64,000 nt of DNA from positions 800,001 through 864,000 of the forward strand of contig CAWBZI010000002.1 in assembly GCA_963793265.1 (NCBI GenBank), written 5' to 3'. Under the pieces are notes generated by a model that had not been told where the DNA came from, searched no databases, and saw only the letters and a program-made list of their open reading frames with translations. Positions within the stretch are counted from its first letter, which is position 1; every line of letters starts with the position of its first letter. Positions 11,298 to 23,086 of the stretch are shown here, one piece after another. Source of the DNA: an uncultured cyanobacterium (GTDB taxonomy: Bacteria > Cyanobacteriota > Cyanobacteriia > Phormidesmidales > Phormidesmidaceae). The position numbers and the translations under genes are program-made.

Positions 11298-12641
11298 TCA
11301 GGTTGTATATTCTGCGTTGATTTTGACGTAATCGTAGCTGAGATCGCAGCCCCAAGCCTGTCCTTTCCCAGGGCCAGAGCCTACGCTGATGCTAACTTTC
11401 ACAGGATGGTTGAGTGTCTCTATCTCTAGCTGCTGACGCTCGAAGGGCTGCTGCGTCTCGGTTACTAGCAGCGCATTACTTTGCTGAGCGCTGGTGAGCA
11501 GAATTTGAGACATCGCCAGTACACTACGCTCTGACTGCTCAGTGAGGTAGGCGCTAGCAGCTTTGCGATCGAAAGCCTGAGGCGTGCCATCTATCATGAG
11601 TGCAAAATCGCCTAGCCTAATTGTTAGTTCACCTTGCTCGAAAGGAATACCAGCGCGTCCGGCAGCCCCAGCAATGCGGCCCCAGTTAGGATCGCGGCCA
11701 AAAATAGCAGACTTTACTAAAGAAGAGCCTGCCACAGTGCGCGCGATTTGGTTGGCAGCGCGATCGCTCATCGCCCCGGCCACCGAAATTTCTATCAGGC
11801 ATGTAGCCCCCTCGCCATCGCGAGCAATCGATTTTGCCAGGTGAACGCACACCTCCGTCAACATTGCTTCTAGCTTGTCGGCATCAGGGCCTGCTTCAGT
11901 AATCGCAGGCGTACGCGACTCGCCATTAGCCAACGCCAGCAGACAGTCATTCGTGCTGGTATCGCCATCGACCGTGATTTGATTGAAGCTTTTTTCGGTG
12001 GCGCGGCGCAGCATGTCTTGCCAAAGCTGAGGAGATACTGCCGCATCGCAGGTAACAAAAGCCAGCATGGTTGCCATGTTGGGATGAATCATCCCAGAGC
12101 CTTTGGAGATGCCGCCAATGCGCACGGGGCGATCGCCTATTTGCGTCTCTAGCGCAATTGATTTAGTCACTAAATCTGTAGTGACAATCGCTCGAGCAGC
12201 CCGATCAGATCCCTCGTGAGAAAGATCGGCAACCAGATTGGGAATGCCTGCTTTGAGCGCGTCTATTTTAAGCCGCTGTCCAATGACGCCGGTAGAGGCA
12301 GTGAGCACCTGATTGGGCGAAAGCATTAGCGCCGAGGCGGTTGCCGCTGCGCTCTCTAGAGCATCTTGAACACCCTGATCACCTGTGCAGGCATTGGCCT
12401 GGCCCGCATTGCAGAGAATGGCGCGAGCCGCTGGTTTTTCTTCGAGCAAATTCTGGCAGTAGTCAACGCAGGCTGCGCGCACCTGGCTAGTGGTGAAAAC
12501 GCCCGCAGCGATCGCATCACAGTCCGACACAATCAGCGCCAAATCTGGTGCTCCTGAAGGCTTGAGCCCTGCCGTTACACCGGCTGCTCGAAAGCCTTTG
12601 GGCGCGGTCACACCGCCTTCCACCACCTGCCAATCTGCCAT
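11298..12641 (-). CDS. argJ: Bifunctional ornithine acetyltransferase / N-acetylglutamate synthase
   Basis: KGSGMIHPNMATML, VDGDTSTND, ARDGEGAT, WGCDLSYDYVKINAEYTT. Confidence 0.97.
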   Translation of the reverse strand: MADWQVVEGGVTAPKGFRAAGVTAGLKPSGAPDLALIVSDCDAIAAGVFTTSQVRAACVDYCQNLLEEKPAARAILCNAGQANACTGDQGVQDALESAAATASALMLSPNQVLTASTGVIGQRLKIDALKAGIPNLVADLSHEGSDRAARAIVTTDLVTKSIALETQIGDRPVRIGGISKGSGMIHPNMATMLAFVTCDAAVSPQLWQDMLRRATEKSFNQITVDGDTSTNDCLLALANGESRTPAITEAGPDADKLEAMLTEVCVHLAKSIARDGEGATCLIEISVAGAMSDRAANQIARTVAGSSLVKSAIFGRDPNWGRIAGAAGRAGIPFEQGELTIRLGDFALMIDGTPQAFDRKAASAYLTEQSERSVLAMSQILLTSAQQSNALLVTETQQPFERQQLEIETLNHPVKVSISVGSGPGKGQAWGCDLSYDYVKINAEYTT

Positions 12642-12733
12642 CGCTATTCCGCTTTTGCTAATAAAGAGTGGATTATACCAAGCTGTTAAGCGCCTATGAT
12701 CTCTTTAGAGCCAAACGGCCTGACTGACGTTTT

Positions 12734-14346
12734 TTGCTGAAGCTGAATTTGAACTTTCTTAAGCGTTTTACAAATAAAAAGACATTGCTAATAATGTCTG
12801 GGCCTTGGGCGCTGCTACTCGGCGGAACGCTTATGGGCCTTGCGCCTGTAAACGCTTGGCCGCTGGCCTGGATAGCAATGGTGCCGCTGTGGACGCTCTC
12901 GGTTCAGCCGTCGCAATCTCTGCGAAAAACGCTCTCCTACGCCGCTATTTGGGGCGCGGCCTATCACGGCATAGCGCTCTCTTGGGTAAGGGGCCTGCAT
13001 CCGATGATGTGGATGGGCGTGCCCTGGCTAGGCAGCATTGCGGTAACCCTATTCTCATGGGCCTTCATTACGCTATGGGGCGTGGCGATTGGTGTGATTT
13101 GGACGGGGCTGATGGTGGCTTTGAGCAGGCGGGTTAGCCAAAGCGGCAGATCGCTCACTGGTCTGTCACGGGTTTTAATCGGGACAGCGCTGTGGTGCAC
13201 AATTGAATGGATTTGGAGCAAAGGGCCGCTGTATTGGTCGCCCGTTAACTACACCCAAAGTCCTTATAATCTGATGGCTTTGCAGCTTGGGCAGCTATCG
13301 GGGCCGTTGACTATCAGCGCCGCGATTTTGGCCGTTAATGGACTGTTGGCTGAGGCTTGGATAAGTGCTTGGACACATAAGGCGCGTTCTGCTCTTTTGT
13401 ATGCGATCGCCCTATTTACAGCCATCCACCTACTTGGCTTTGGCCTCTACAGCCGCCCCTTAGCTAGCGGCCCAGATAATGCAATAACAGTGGGCCTGAT
13501 TCAGGGCAACATCCCCAGCAGCCAAAAGCTAACGGCGCAGGGCGTCAAAGCATCTCGACAGGTCTATTTAAAAGGATACGAGTCTTTAGCAGCTAAAGGC
13601 GCGGACTTAGTGATCACGCCTGAAGGGGCGATACCGCAGGAATGGAACGCCTTTTTACAAGATCAGAATGTGTTTCAAAGAGCCGTTATTAAAGCGGGCG
13701 TACCGCTGCTTTTAGGAACGTTTGTTCATCAGCAGATTGACGAACCGCTAACGCCGCTAACGCAAAGTCTACTGATGCTAACGTCCGGTGACGATTCTGA
13801 CGGTGAGATTGCCGGACGCTACAACAAAATAAAGCTGGTGCCTTTAGGAGAATATATTCCGTTTGAGCCGGTGATTGGCGCGATTGTTAACCGGCTATCG
13901 CCCTTTGGCGAAAGTATGATTGCCGGGCGCGCCGATCAGCAGCTAGAAACGCCTTTTGGCCCGATAGTCGCTGGAATTTGCTATGAGTCGGTGTATCCAG
14001 AGCTGTTTCGAGCGCAGGCAAAAGCAGGTGGACAGGCTATTTTTACAGCGTCTAATAACGATCCTTATCCGCCGCGCATGATGATGCAGCACCACGGACA
14101 AGATGTGATGCGCGCTGTGGAAACCGATCGGTGGGCGGTGCGCGTGACAAATACGGGATTTCGGGCGTCGTTGATCCTCGGGGGCGATCGCGCTGGCTTT
14201 CTACACCCAACGAATATGCTACTCACCTTGCCACAATTCACCTGAGACAAACGCAGACGCTCTACGTACGCTGGGGAAACTGGCTGACACCTGTGTTGCT
14301 CTTAGGAAGTGTGATCGCGCTTTTCAACTACCGTCGCACGCCTTAG
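12734..14346 (+). CDS. lnt: Apolipoprotein N-acyltransferase, with one frameshift near 14156
   Basis: IQGNI, TPEGA, YNKIKLVPLGEYIP, ICYES. The C-terminus GISGVVDPRGR...TLYVRWGNW continues in ORF 14131..14346. ACGGGATT lacks one G relative to T-G-I. Confidence 0.9.
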
Positions 14347-15998
14347 GCCGATAAATTCAGCGGCAACTGCACGACAAACGTCGCCCCCTGACCAGGCACC
14401 GACTGACAAAACAGCCGCCCATGATGCTTTTCGGTAATGATGCTATAGCTAATCGAAAGGCCCATGCCCGTCCCTTTACCGACTGGTTTGGTCGTAAAAA
14501 ATGCATCGAAAATGCGAGCCTGTACCGCTTCAGGAATGCCGAGGCCAGTGTCCGCGATCGCTACCTCAGCCCAACTATCGCCGCCTAGCGTTTTAAGACT
14601 TGTGCGTAACGTAAGCTTTCCGCGATCGCTTTTTTCCTGGCACGCTTCTCGGCGCTCACGTTCACGCTCGTTCCTTGCCCACGCCTCGTCAATCGCATCA
14701 ATCGCGTTAGAAATAATATTCATCAACACCTGATTGAGCTGACCTGGATAGCAAGCCACCTGAGGCAGCGGGCCATAATTGCGCACGACCTCAACGGCTG
14801 GCACCTCAGCAGACGCCTTCAGCCGATGCTGCAAAATCAGCAGCGTACTCTCTATACCCTGATGAATATCAACAGACTTCAGCCCGGTTTCATCCGACCT
14901 TGAAAAATTGCGTAGCGACAGCACAATCTGCCGAATGCGCCGTGTACCGACTTCCATAGAGCTTAAGATCTTAGGCAAATCGGCGCGCACAAACGCCAGA
15001 TCCGCCGCTTCGATCTCATCTTGAATCTCAGCAACAGGCGTAGGATAGTGCGTTTGATAGCTGTCCATTAAGTTGAGTAAATCCGTAGCATATTCGCGAA
15101 TTGGATCTAGATTGGCATGAATGAAATTAACCGGGTTATTAATCTCATGAGCAACCCCAGCTACGAGCTGACCTAAGCTCGACATTTTTTCACTCTGCAC
15201 CATCTGCACCTGCGCCTGCCTGAGTTCAGCAAGCGTGTATTCAAGATCTTTAGCCTTCTGCTGAAGCGTTGCCTCTGATAGCTGAAGCTCTTGATGGCTA
15301 GTTTCGAGCTGCTGCTTAGCCTGGCGCAAACTATCTTCAGCCGCCCGGCGACGGAGAATATATTGATTAATTAAATAGAGCAGCACTACCCAGGCAATCA
15401 GCAAAATCCAAAAGCTGACCATGCTAAAAACGCTGGAGAGAAATAAACCTTCACCGTAATTTTTGAGATTGGTATTCACTTCAGCGCTGAGTATGTCTGA
15501 CCAAGCTCGCATACCGCTAGCTGAGATTTCTTTTTGGGCCTGATAAGTATCGCTAAACAAAAGCGCTAGCGCCTGCTGCGGCTTCTCAATCCGTACTAGC
15601 CTAAAGGCCGCATTTTCTATCTCAATCAGCCTGGAGCTGGCTTTTGTAATCGGCTCTACTTCTAAGTTGTAGGCATCGGCATTAAGATCCACAACCTGAT
15701 CGATAGACTCAATCAGTCTGGGCTCAAAGGCTCTGTAGCGTGCTTCCCACGATAAATCTCCTGTGGCTGCCGCTAAGCGAGCTGACATTGTGAGCACTTC
15801 GTTGTAGTAGCTAATTTCGTCGCTAAGACGCTGAAGCTGAAAGTCGGTAGTGATGCCACGCTTGAACCCCTGAGAGATCTTGGCCGTATTAAAGCTGCCA
15901 ATCGCAACCAGCATCAGACTAATGACGACCGCTATTGTAAGGACGGGCATTAGGAAGTCATTAGATAGCCGACTAGGCCGATGCAAAGCGAGTTTCAT
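14343..15998 (-). CDS. Membrane-bound sensor histidine kinase
   Basis: Two TM segments; H-box VAHEINNP, N-box QVLMNIISNAIDA, DTGLGI, FFTTKPVGKGTGMGL. Confidence 0.93.
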   Translation of the reverse strand: MKLALHRPSRLSNDFLMPVLTIAVVISLMLVAIGSFNTAKISQGFKRGITTDFQLQRLSDEISYYNEVLTMSARLAAATGDLSWEARYRAFEPRLIESIDQVVDLNADAYNLEVEPITKASSRLIEIENAAFRLVRIEKPQQALALLFSDTYQAQKEISASGMRAWSDILSAEVNTNLKNYGEGLFLSSVFSMVSFWILLIAWVVLLYLINQYILRRRAAEDSLRQAKQQLETSHQELQLSEATLQQKAKDLEYTLAELRQAQVQMVQSEKMSSLGQLVAGVAHEINNPVNFIHANLDPIREYATDLLNLMDSYQTHYPTPVAEIQDEIEAADLAFVRADLPKILSSMEVGTRRIRQIVLSLRNFSRSDETGLKSVDIHQGIESTLLILQHRLKASAEVPAVEVVRNYGPLPQVACYPGQLNQVLMNIISNAIDAIDEAWARNERERERREACQEKSDRGKLTLRTSLKTLGGDSWAEVAIADTGLGIPEAVQARIFDAFFTTKPVGKGTGMGLSISYSIITEKHHGRLFCQSVPGQGATFVVQLPLNLSA

Positions 15999-16081
15999 GA
16001 GCGCCGAAGACGGGAGGTTTTGCTATCGCAGCATTCCCGAATCCAACTTAAATTGATAGAAGCTTGATAGAGCGATGGAGC

Positions 16082-18115
16082 TTACTTGCATAGCAGCTTG
16101 CTGATTTCAGTAGCCTGTAGCGGACTGCTCAGTAAAAATCCCTGCCCGTGCGGACAGTCCAAACTCACTAGAGCATCTAACTGCTGCTGAGTTTCAATGC
16201 CTTCGGCAATGACGCTCATATTGGCACTCCGACCGAGATCAATAATCGTCTTAATAATTTCTGTACCCCCGATACTGTCTATACCCTCAACGAAAGTGCG
16301 GTCAATCTTTAGCGCGCCCACGTTGAGCTGATGCAGACGGCTCAGCGAAGAATGACCCAGGCCGAAGTCATCAACACAAAGCCCCAAACCCAAAGCATGA
16401 AGCTGCTGCAAAGCGACCATAACAGCCGGGTCGCTGCTGAGTAGCACCTGCTCTTCTATTTCTAATAAGAAAGCAGAGGGCGGGAGCTGATAGTCCGCTA
16501 GCATGTCGCGCCAATAGTCGATTAACTGCGGGCAGCAAATTTGGACTAAAGACAAATTGAGGTGTATCTGTAGGTTGTTTTCAGGCAGGCAGTCGCGCCA
16601 CGCTTTAAGCTGACAGCAGGCGGTCTGAATAATTTGATGGCACAGATCGACGAGAAGACCGATGTCGTTAGCGATCGCAATAAACTCACTCGCCTCTAAA
16701 CAGCCATGCTGCGGGTGATGCCAGCGCAAAAGTGCCTCAAACCCAGCTATTCGCGCATTCTCCAGACCAAAAATAGGCTGATAATACAGATGAAACTCAC
16801 TTTTTTCTAATCCTTGACGCAGCTCACTTTCTAGCATCAGTCGGGTTTGGCCGCTACCTTTAGTCGCCGCGTCAAATACGACGAATCGCTGCGCATCATC
16901 AATCGAGTTGTCTTGAATGAGAATAGGCGATGTAGATGTCTCAAGCGCGTTTTTAGATGACTTCAGGGTGCGCTGATGCTGCTCAAGCTGGGCTTGAATT
17001 TTAGCTTTGGCCTGCTGCTTGGAACGCGCCTTAGCCCGATACATAGCGACATCGGCATCTCTGATTGCGGCTTCAGGATGCTTGTAGCCTTGATTGCTAA
17101 AGGTAATGCCCACGCTAGCGCCGATTGAAATTTGGCGATCGCCGACTAAAAACGGCAGACTAAGCTGCTCTTGAAGCCGCTGCACCACTACAAAAACATG
17201 CTCCTCGTTTGGAATATCGTCTAGCAGTACGGCGAACTCGTCGCCACCTAAGCGGGCCACCAAGTCACTCTTGCGCAGCAGCAGCTTGATTTGCTCAGCG
17301 ACATACTGAAGTAGCTGGTCGCCAACATCATGACCGAGCGCATCATTCACCTGCTTAAACTCGTCAAGATCAAGAAAGAGAACGGCGTATAAATGGTTAG
17401 GTTGACGATTTGCAAGCTGAATAGCCTGATCGAGCCTTTGTGAAAAATAGCTGCGGTTAGGGAGCCCGGTTAGCGGATCGTGAAGTGCACTGTGCCTTAA
17501 AGCCGCTTCTCTTTTGAGTAGCTTTGTTTGAGCCTTAAGCAGTCGATGCAGTGCTGAAGTCAGCCCGGCAGTGCGCTCATTAACGCGGTGCTCCAAATTA
17601 TCGTTAGCAGACTTAAGCAGATTCGCCCGATAGATTAGCTCAAGCTGAGCCACGACCTGCCTGCTCAAAACCAATAGCCCATGTTGTTGGGGCGCTGTAA
17701 GCTGGCGAGGTTGGTAGTCGATCACGCACAGAGAACCCAAAGCGTGACCATCAGGTGTTATTAGCGGAGCCCCTGCATAGAATCGAATATGGGGCTCACC
17801 TGTCACCAGCGAATTAGCTTTGAAACGATCGTCTTCTTGAGCATTCTCGACGACCAAAAGACCTGACTGCTGAATTGTTTGATTGCAAAAAGCAATATTA
17901 CGGGGCGTTTCGTTCACCGTCATGCCAATTTTTGACTTGAACCACTGGCGGTCGGCGTCTATCAGGCTGATAAGAGCCGTTGGCGTTTGGCAGATGTGAG
18001 CAGCCAACGAAGTAATATCGTCATAAACTGGCTCAGGAAGCGTATCTAAGACGTTATAGCCTTGGAGCTTCGCTAGGCGAAGGGTTTCTTTCGCTGGCCC
18101 AAAATCTGCTGTCAT
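16082..18115 (-). CDS. GAF-GGDEF-EAL diguanylate cyclase/phosphodiesterase
   Basis: GAF (IRFYAGAPL), HDPLTGLPNR, RKSD I-site followed by GGDEF, FEALLRW, DDFG. Confidence 0.93.
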   Translation of the reverse strand: MTADFGPAKETLRLAKLQGYNVLDTLPEPVYDDITSLAAHICQTPTALISLIDADRQWFKSKIGMTVNETPRNIAFCNQTIQQSGLLVVENAQEDDRFKANSLVTGEPHIRFYAGAPLITPDGHALGSLCVIDYQPRQLTAPQQHGLLVLSRQVVAQLELIYRANLLKSANDNLEHRVNERTAGLTSALHRLLKAQTKLLKREAALRHSALHDPLTGLPNRSYFSQRLDQAIQLANRQPNHLYAVLFLDLDEFKQVNDALGHDVGDQLLQYVAEQIKLLLRKSDLVARLGGDEFAVLLDDIPNEEHVFVVVQRLQEQLSLPFLVGDRQISIGASVGITFSNQGYKHPEAAIRDADVAMYRAKARSKQQAKAKIQAQLEQHQRTLKSSKNALETSTSPILIQDNSIDDAQRFVVFDAATKGSGQTRLMLESELRQGLEKSEFHLYYQPIFGLENARIAGFEALLRWHHPQHGCLEASEFIAIANDIGLLVDLCHQIIQTACCQLKAWRDCLPENNLQIHLNLSLVQICCPQLIDYWRDMLADYQLPPSAFLLEIEEQVLLSSDPAVMVALQQLHALGLGLCVDDFGLGHSSLSRLHQLNVGALKIDRTFVEGIDSIGGTEIIKTIIDLGRSANMSVIAEGIETQQQLDALVSLDCPHGQGFLLSSPLQATEISKLLCK

Positions 18116-18426
18116 AGGTTGGTGATTAGCGCGAAACGATTGGCTCTAAGTGACTTGAGCGAATCTATATAGGTGAATTGACTAGAGAGGAATGCTGAAT
18201 CGATAGATCGCACAAGAAAAGCCGATTTGTGGCTAAGTATTTTAAGTATAGGATTAGAACATTGATTTAAATAAAAACCGTCTGCCTCAGTTAAAATACT
18301 TAGATGGTTATAGCACAGCGACAAGAATAGACTAGATCCAGCTTGCTTTAGTAGCAAAAGCTACTTAGTCAGAGGACTTCAATACATAAGCAAATAAGTA
18401 TTAAAGTTCTTAAAAGGTGCAGTGTC

Positions 18427-19485
18427 TTATCTGGTTGTAGCCGCATCGCACCAGTTTAAAACTCGATTCCAGGCCCACCAGCGGTCAGGATCTTTGATCT
18501 GCTGCTGACAAGCCCGGCTACTGATATAGCCCACATGGCCACCTTCTGAAGTCAGAATCAGATCTATGCACTCATTTTCCGCACAAGTCGCCTCAATTTC
18601 TTTAACTAGCGCCGGTTCAAATAGTGGATCATCCGCAGCATAGAGAATCAGCGTGGGCTTTTTGAGTTCGGGCAAAACATATAAGCCGCTGGTGATGGTG
18701 TAGTACTCTTCTACAGAACTAATCCCCAACCGGGAAATAACAATTTCGTGATCAAAGCTCCATATGCTGTGCACGCGCTCAACGGCTTGCGGATCGAACG
18801 CGGCAGGGTGATCTTGCTGAAGCTGGTAAAGGAGCTGTTTGAGCTTGCGAGTAATGGCCTTTTCTAAGTATTTACCCGTAGGATGATTCACTAAGTACTG
18901 AAGACTTCGCAACGACTCTAGCGCCGGGCAAATCACCGCACAGCCGCCGATATCATCTAGCGTCAAGTCTAAATCTGTTCCCCATTTGTCAATTGACTGC
19001 GCCGACTTTACGCCCCAAAGTGCCAGCAGCCCTCCTAAGGAAAATGCTGTAAACCAGAAGGGAGCAGGCGCGCCCATTGCCTTTACTGCTGCTGCAATTC
19101 GCACAAAATCTTCGCCTTCGTATAGGCCATCTGACGTCATCGCGGGTGAAAGCTTTGCCGTTTTGCCGTGCGCGCGCCAGTCAAACACAACCACTGCGTA
19201 GCCGCGGGCGTAGGCTTTGCGGGCCATAATTTGCAGGAACCACTGATCGTCTAAGTCGCCTGTGATGCCGTAGGTGCCAATGATGGTTTTGGTCGCGCCT
19301 GGCGGAATGGCAACTCGCCCAAAGATAGGGACGCCGTTTGCACCGATGAATATCTTTTCTTGAAATACTGGCTCAGGTTCGCTTAGCGTGTTTTGCCAGT
19401 TGTGGCTCGCTCGCAGTCCTGTATAAAGGGTCATCAGCAGACCGCTGTTGAGTGGCCAGGGCGCGCAGTAGGGAGGCGGATTCAT
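18427..19485 (-). CDS. YheT-like alpha/beta-fold hydrolase
   Basis: FDWRAHG, AFSLGG, AADDP, GGHVGY. Confidence 0.85.
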   Translation of the reverse strand: MNPPPYCAPWPLNSGLLMTLYTGLRASHNWQNTLSEPEPVFQEKIFIGANGVPIFGRVAIPPGATKTIIGTYGITGDLDDQWFLQIMARKAYARGYAVVVFDWRAHGKTAKLSPAMTSDGLYEGEDFVRIAAAVKAMGAPAPFWFTAFSLGGLLALWGVKSAQSIDKWGTDLDLTLDDIGGCAVICPALESLRSLQYLVNHPTGKYLEKAITRKLKQLLYQLQQDHPAAFDPQAVERVHSIWSFDHEIVISRLGISSVEEYYTITSGLYVLPELKKPTLILYAADDPLFEPALVKEIEATCAENECIDLILTSEGGHVGYISSRACQQQIKDPDRWWAWNRVLNWCDAATTR

Positions 19486-19622
19486 GTATGTAGACGCGAC
19501 GATCTTTCTAGGATACAGATCATCTTACGACCTACGCTTACATGTGGCCTCTAGTAAAAGGCTAGGAACCGACTACATTGCCTGACTTCGATACTGGATA
19601 ATGTCTCGTTTGCATCCGCTCT

Positions 19623-19871
19623 TTATGTAACGGTGACACATCCTGCTTCTTTAAGAATCCGCTTTGTGGCAGCCGGGTATCTATGTAGCGATATTAGCGG
19701 ACGAACGGGGCGACTTTCCAGATGGCCGCCGCAGTTTGGGCAGGTGCCGTTGAGCATTTCGTCGGCGCAGTCTTGGCAGAATGTGCAGTCAAAGGTGCAG
19801 ATCATCGCTTCTGATGAGTCGGATAGCAAATCTTTGTTGCAGCATTCGCAGTTGGGTCGAATTCCTAGCAT
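19623..19871 (-). CDS. DUF1272-family small Cys-rich protein
   Basis: RPNCECC...ICTFDCTFC..C...CPNCGG...RPVR pattern. Confidence 0.85.
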   Translation of the reverse strand: MLGIRPNCECCNKDLLSDSSEAMICTFDCTFCQDCADEMLNGTCPNCGGHLESRPVRPLISLHRYPAATKRILKEAGCVTVT

Positions 19872-20044
19872 GTTGGAAGTTATTAAAAACCGCTAGCTTT
19901 ATTTGTATCTGAGAATCTCAAATGTGGAGCGTTTTTGACTCAATAATTCATGAGCTGAAAGCATGGAGCGGTGCTTTATTTTCTCATGGTAGAGGGGCTG
20001 AGAATGCTGTCAGAATTGAGAGTGTTGAGGTGTGAAAGGCAGAT

Positions 20045-20707
20045 ATGACTAAAAAGCTGATTGATTTGAGCCATACCGTGGAAGATGGCATGGTTACCTA
20101 TAAGGGCATTCCGGCTCCTTTGATCTGTGATTTTCTGACCCGTGAGGCTTCTAAGGCTCACTATGCTGAGGGGACGACTTTTCATATTGGCAAGATTGAA
20201 ATGGCGGCGAATACGGGTACTTATCTAGATTCGCCGTTTCATCGGTATGCGGATGGGAAGGATTTGTCTGAGCTGAAGCTGGAGGCGATCGCGGATCTCG
20301 ATGGCATTCTCTTTCATGCCAAACCCGATCAAACCACTATCGGGCCTGAGCTATTTGCTGACGCTGATGTTCGCGGTAAGGCGGTCTTAGTTCATACGGG
20401 CTGGGATCGGCACTGGCGAACGGATCAGTATTTTGAAAACCACCCGCATTTGAGTGAGGCTGCTGCTGCGTTGCTAAGAGAGTCGGGCGCTACGCTGGTT
20501 GGGATTGATTCTTATAATATTGACGGGACGAAGGATGGTAGGCGGCCTGCGCATTCGATTTTGCTGGGCGCGGATGTTCCTATTGTTGAGCATATGTGCA
20601 ATTTGCAGAACTTGCCTGATGGTGGCTTTAAGTTCAATGCGGTGCCGGTAAAGGTGAAGAAGTTTGGGACGTTTCCGGTTAGGGCTTATGCGGTTGTTGG
20701 TGCATAG
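20045..20707 (+). CDS. Cyclase-family (kynurenine formamidase-like) metal-dependent hydrolase
   Basis: IDLSH, NTGTYLDSPFH, VGIDS, H..LL...IVEH, FPVRA. Confidence 0.88.
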   Translation: MTKKLIDLSHTVEDGMVTYKGIPAPLICDFLTREASKAHYAEGTTFHIGKIEMAANTGTYLDSPFHRYADGKDLSELKLEAIADLDGILFHAKPDQTTIGPELFADADVRGKAVLVHTGWDRHWRTDQYFENHPHLSEAAAALLRESGATLVGIDSYNIDGTKDGRRPAHSILLGADVPIVEHMCNLQNLPDGGFKFNAVPVKVKKFGTFPVRAYAVVGA

Positions 20708-20846
20708 ACTGCATAATTTTAATCACCTCAGGCTGAGACGGTTGTATATATGCTAGAGTGAGGGTGTATTAGCTGATTGAGCGTTGACTAACTGAGCAAC
20801 ATCAATTGATTCGCACAGGTTGTTCAAATAAGGTTTATTCACCATC

Positions 20847-21614
20847 ATGCGATCGCAAACAAAATGGCTAGTCTCGACGGCGCTGACTTTCTCTGCACTT
20901 GGGCTTGATGCACAAATTGCTAGCGCTCAAACAGCGGTAAACGAGTTTGAAATTGTCTACGATACGCTCTTTGTCCTAGCGCCGATTGAAGGCCAAGAAG
21001 GGTTCTTTACGGCTAATATTTCCGGTATATCTCAAAATAGCGATGCGGCGTTTGGTCTTACTCAATTTGAGAGTAATGCGTTTGGTAGGTTAGTCTCACA
21101 AGAGTTTGCAACAGATGAAAGCGGTAATACCGTTCCTGTTCAGCAGCGACTTGAGTTCAATGCAAATCCTGATGTGATTGGCCTAGCAGATAGACCCGGC
21201 TCGGTAATAGAACGGCGAGCGGCTTTGGGTATTCCGAATCCTGAGTCGAACTCTGATATCTATTTTGGCGAGGGCGATAACCAGCTATTTGGTCAGGCAG
21301 CCGATCGCGCTGAAATTAATTTCTCTCCGCCAGGCTCTCCTGACTTTCCTGGCACTATCAACGGCGGCGGGCTCATCACTATCACAGATGGCACGGGCAT
21401 TTTTGAGAATGCGAGCGGCCAGATTACGTTTGAGCAGAGCGATCGCTTGCCAGCAGATCAGAGCGCACCCGCACCAGGCGTTGCAACTTTGTTGTTTACC
21501 GTGACGCAAAGTCAGGAAAAACAGGACGTTCCTGAACCTACAGGCGCTTTAGGTCTAATAGCAATAGGTGCGGCAGTCATGACTGGTAGCCAGCGCAAGC
21601 GTCAGGTCAGCTAG
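20847..21614 (+). CDS. PEP-CTERM sorting-domain secreted protein
   Basis: N-terminal signal peptide; C-terminal VPEP, then a hydrophobic stretch and basic tail (RKRQ). Confidence 0.85.
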   Translation: MRSQTKWLVSTALTFSALGLDAQIASAQTAVNEFEIVYDTLFVLAPIEGQEGFFTANISGISQNSDAAFGLTQFESNAFGRLVSQEFATDESGNTVPVQQRLEFNANPDVIGLADRPGSVIERRAALGIPNPESNSDIYFGEGDNQLFGQAADRAEINFSPPGSPDFPGTINGGGLITITDGTGIFENASGQITFEQSDRLPADQSAPAPGVATLLFTVTQSQEKQDVPEPTGALGLIAIGAAVMTGSQRKRQVS

Positions 21615-21618
21615 ACGT

Positions 21619-23085
21619 TCACTTGTCCACCGGATTTTGAATTTTTGCTAGCAAATCGTAGAAAGGTTGCCAGTTGTCTTCTTCGGTAATAGGTGCCCAA
21701 ACAGCTTCGATTTGAGGGCGTAGGAGTACTGTTTTAGGATTGGTGGCGTGCAGGCACTTTTGGACTTCAGACATTTTGTCGGTGGGTAGGTGGCTGAGCG
21801 CTTTTTGGTAGTGCGATCGCCATCCTTTCAATAGCTCAGCCGCCACTGGATCAGACTTCTCAACCGCATTTGTCAAAATCAGCGCATCATCAGTCTGCCA
21901 CTCGGGCACGAACTGCTGAGTAAGGGCAGCGAAAAAATCGTGGTAGCCAACGCGAGTTTCTTCAAGCAGAGGTGATGGTTTCAGCAAGCAGGTCGCGTTT
22001 GAGATCGGCAGGTAGGGTGGTGGCAAGAGTAGAGGAGATGCCGAGCTTTTGGAGGGTGTGATCGCAAAACACCTCAGCATACTTAGGCTGATACTGCGCG
22101 AGTCCCGATTCCAGACCGTTAGCATCCACAATCCCAGCTAACGCAACGGCTAATTTCTCCAAATTCCAGTAGCAGGCTCCCGGCTGATTGCCATAGCAAT
22201 AGAGGCCCGAGTAGTCAAAATAAGCGGCTGTGAACTTAGGATCGTATTCGTCCATAAAGGCGAACGGCCCGTAGTCAAAGCTTTCGCCGGTAATCGACAT
22301 GTTGTCGGTGTTAAGTACCGCATGACAAAAGCCTACGCTCATCCACTGGGCAACTAAGGCAGCGAGTCGTTCGGCAAGCTCTGCAAACCAAAGCGCATAT
22401 CGTTCCTGCTCGTCTTCGACACTAAGCAAGTGCGGATAGTAAGTTTCAATGACGTGAGTCAGTAGCTTGCGAATAAGCTCGGGCTGCTTGAGGTAGCTCA
22501 ATCGCTCAAAGGTGCCAAAGCGAATGTGCGAATGGCTAAAGCGCACCATGACCGATGATCGCGTGGGTGACGGTTCATCGCCTCGGTGCAAATCTTCGCC
22601 GGTTTCGATCAGGCTAAGGGTGCGAGAGGTATTTACGCCAAGTGCATGAAGGGCTTCGGAGGCCAAAATCTCCCGTACGCCCCCTTTGAGCGTGAGGCGA
22701 CCGTCGCCGCCACGTGAGTAAGGCGTAGGGCCGGAGCCTTTGGTACCCAAGTCATAGAGTTTGCCATCGGTGCCGCGAACTTGGCCGTATAAAAAGCCGC
22801 GACCGTCGCCTAAAAATGGGTTGTAGCTGCGGAACTGGTAGCCGTGATAGCGGAGGGCTAGGAACTGATCGCGACCCGTTTTTTTGGGGAGAACTCACCG
22901 AAGGCTTGGGTGAAATCGCGATCGCTCACCTCATCCGCACTCAGCCCCATCTGCTGCAACACATCATCATTCCGAAACCGCAGCACATGCTTTGGAAACG
23001 TCGCAGGCGTCACCGCATCGTAGTAGTCATCGCCCAAATCAGCCAAAGCAGACTCATAAGGCAGACTCAAAAAAAGATTCGTCAT
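21619..23085 (-). CDS. selO: Protein adenylyltransferase SelO/YdiU, split by two frameshifts (~22880 and ~21968)
   Basis: Across three frames: [59 protein letters not shown] at 23085 follows the rel stop. Confidence 0.88.
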
Positions 23086-23086
23086 C

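Noticed and set aside
11400..11550. Insertion near the ArgJ C-terminus as a possible intein
   Set aside because: Too short and lacks intein terminal residues; probably a loop insertion.
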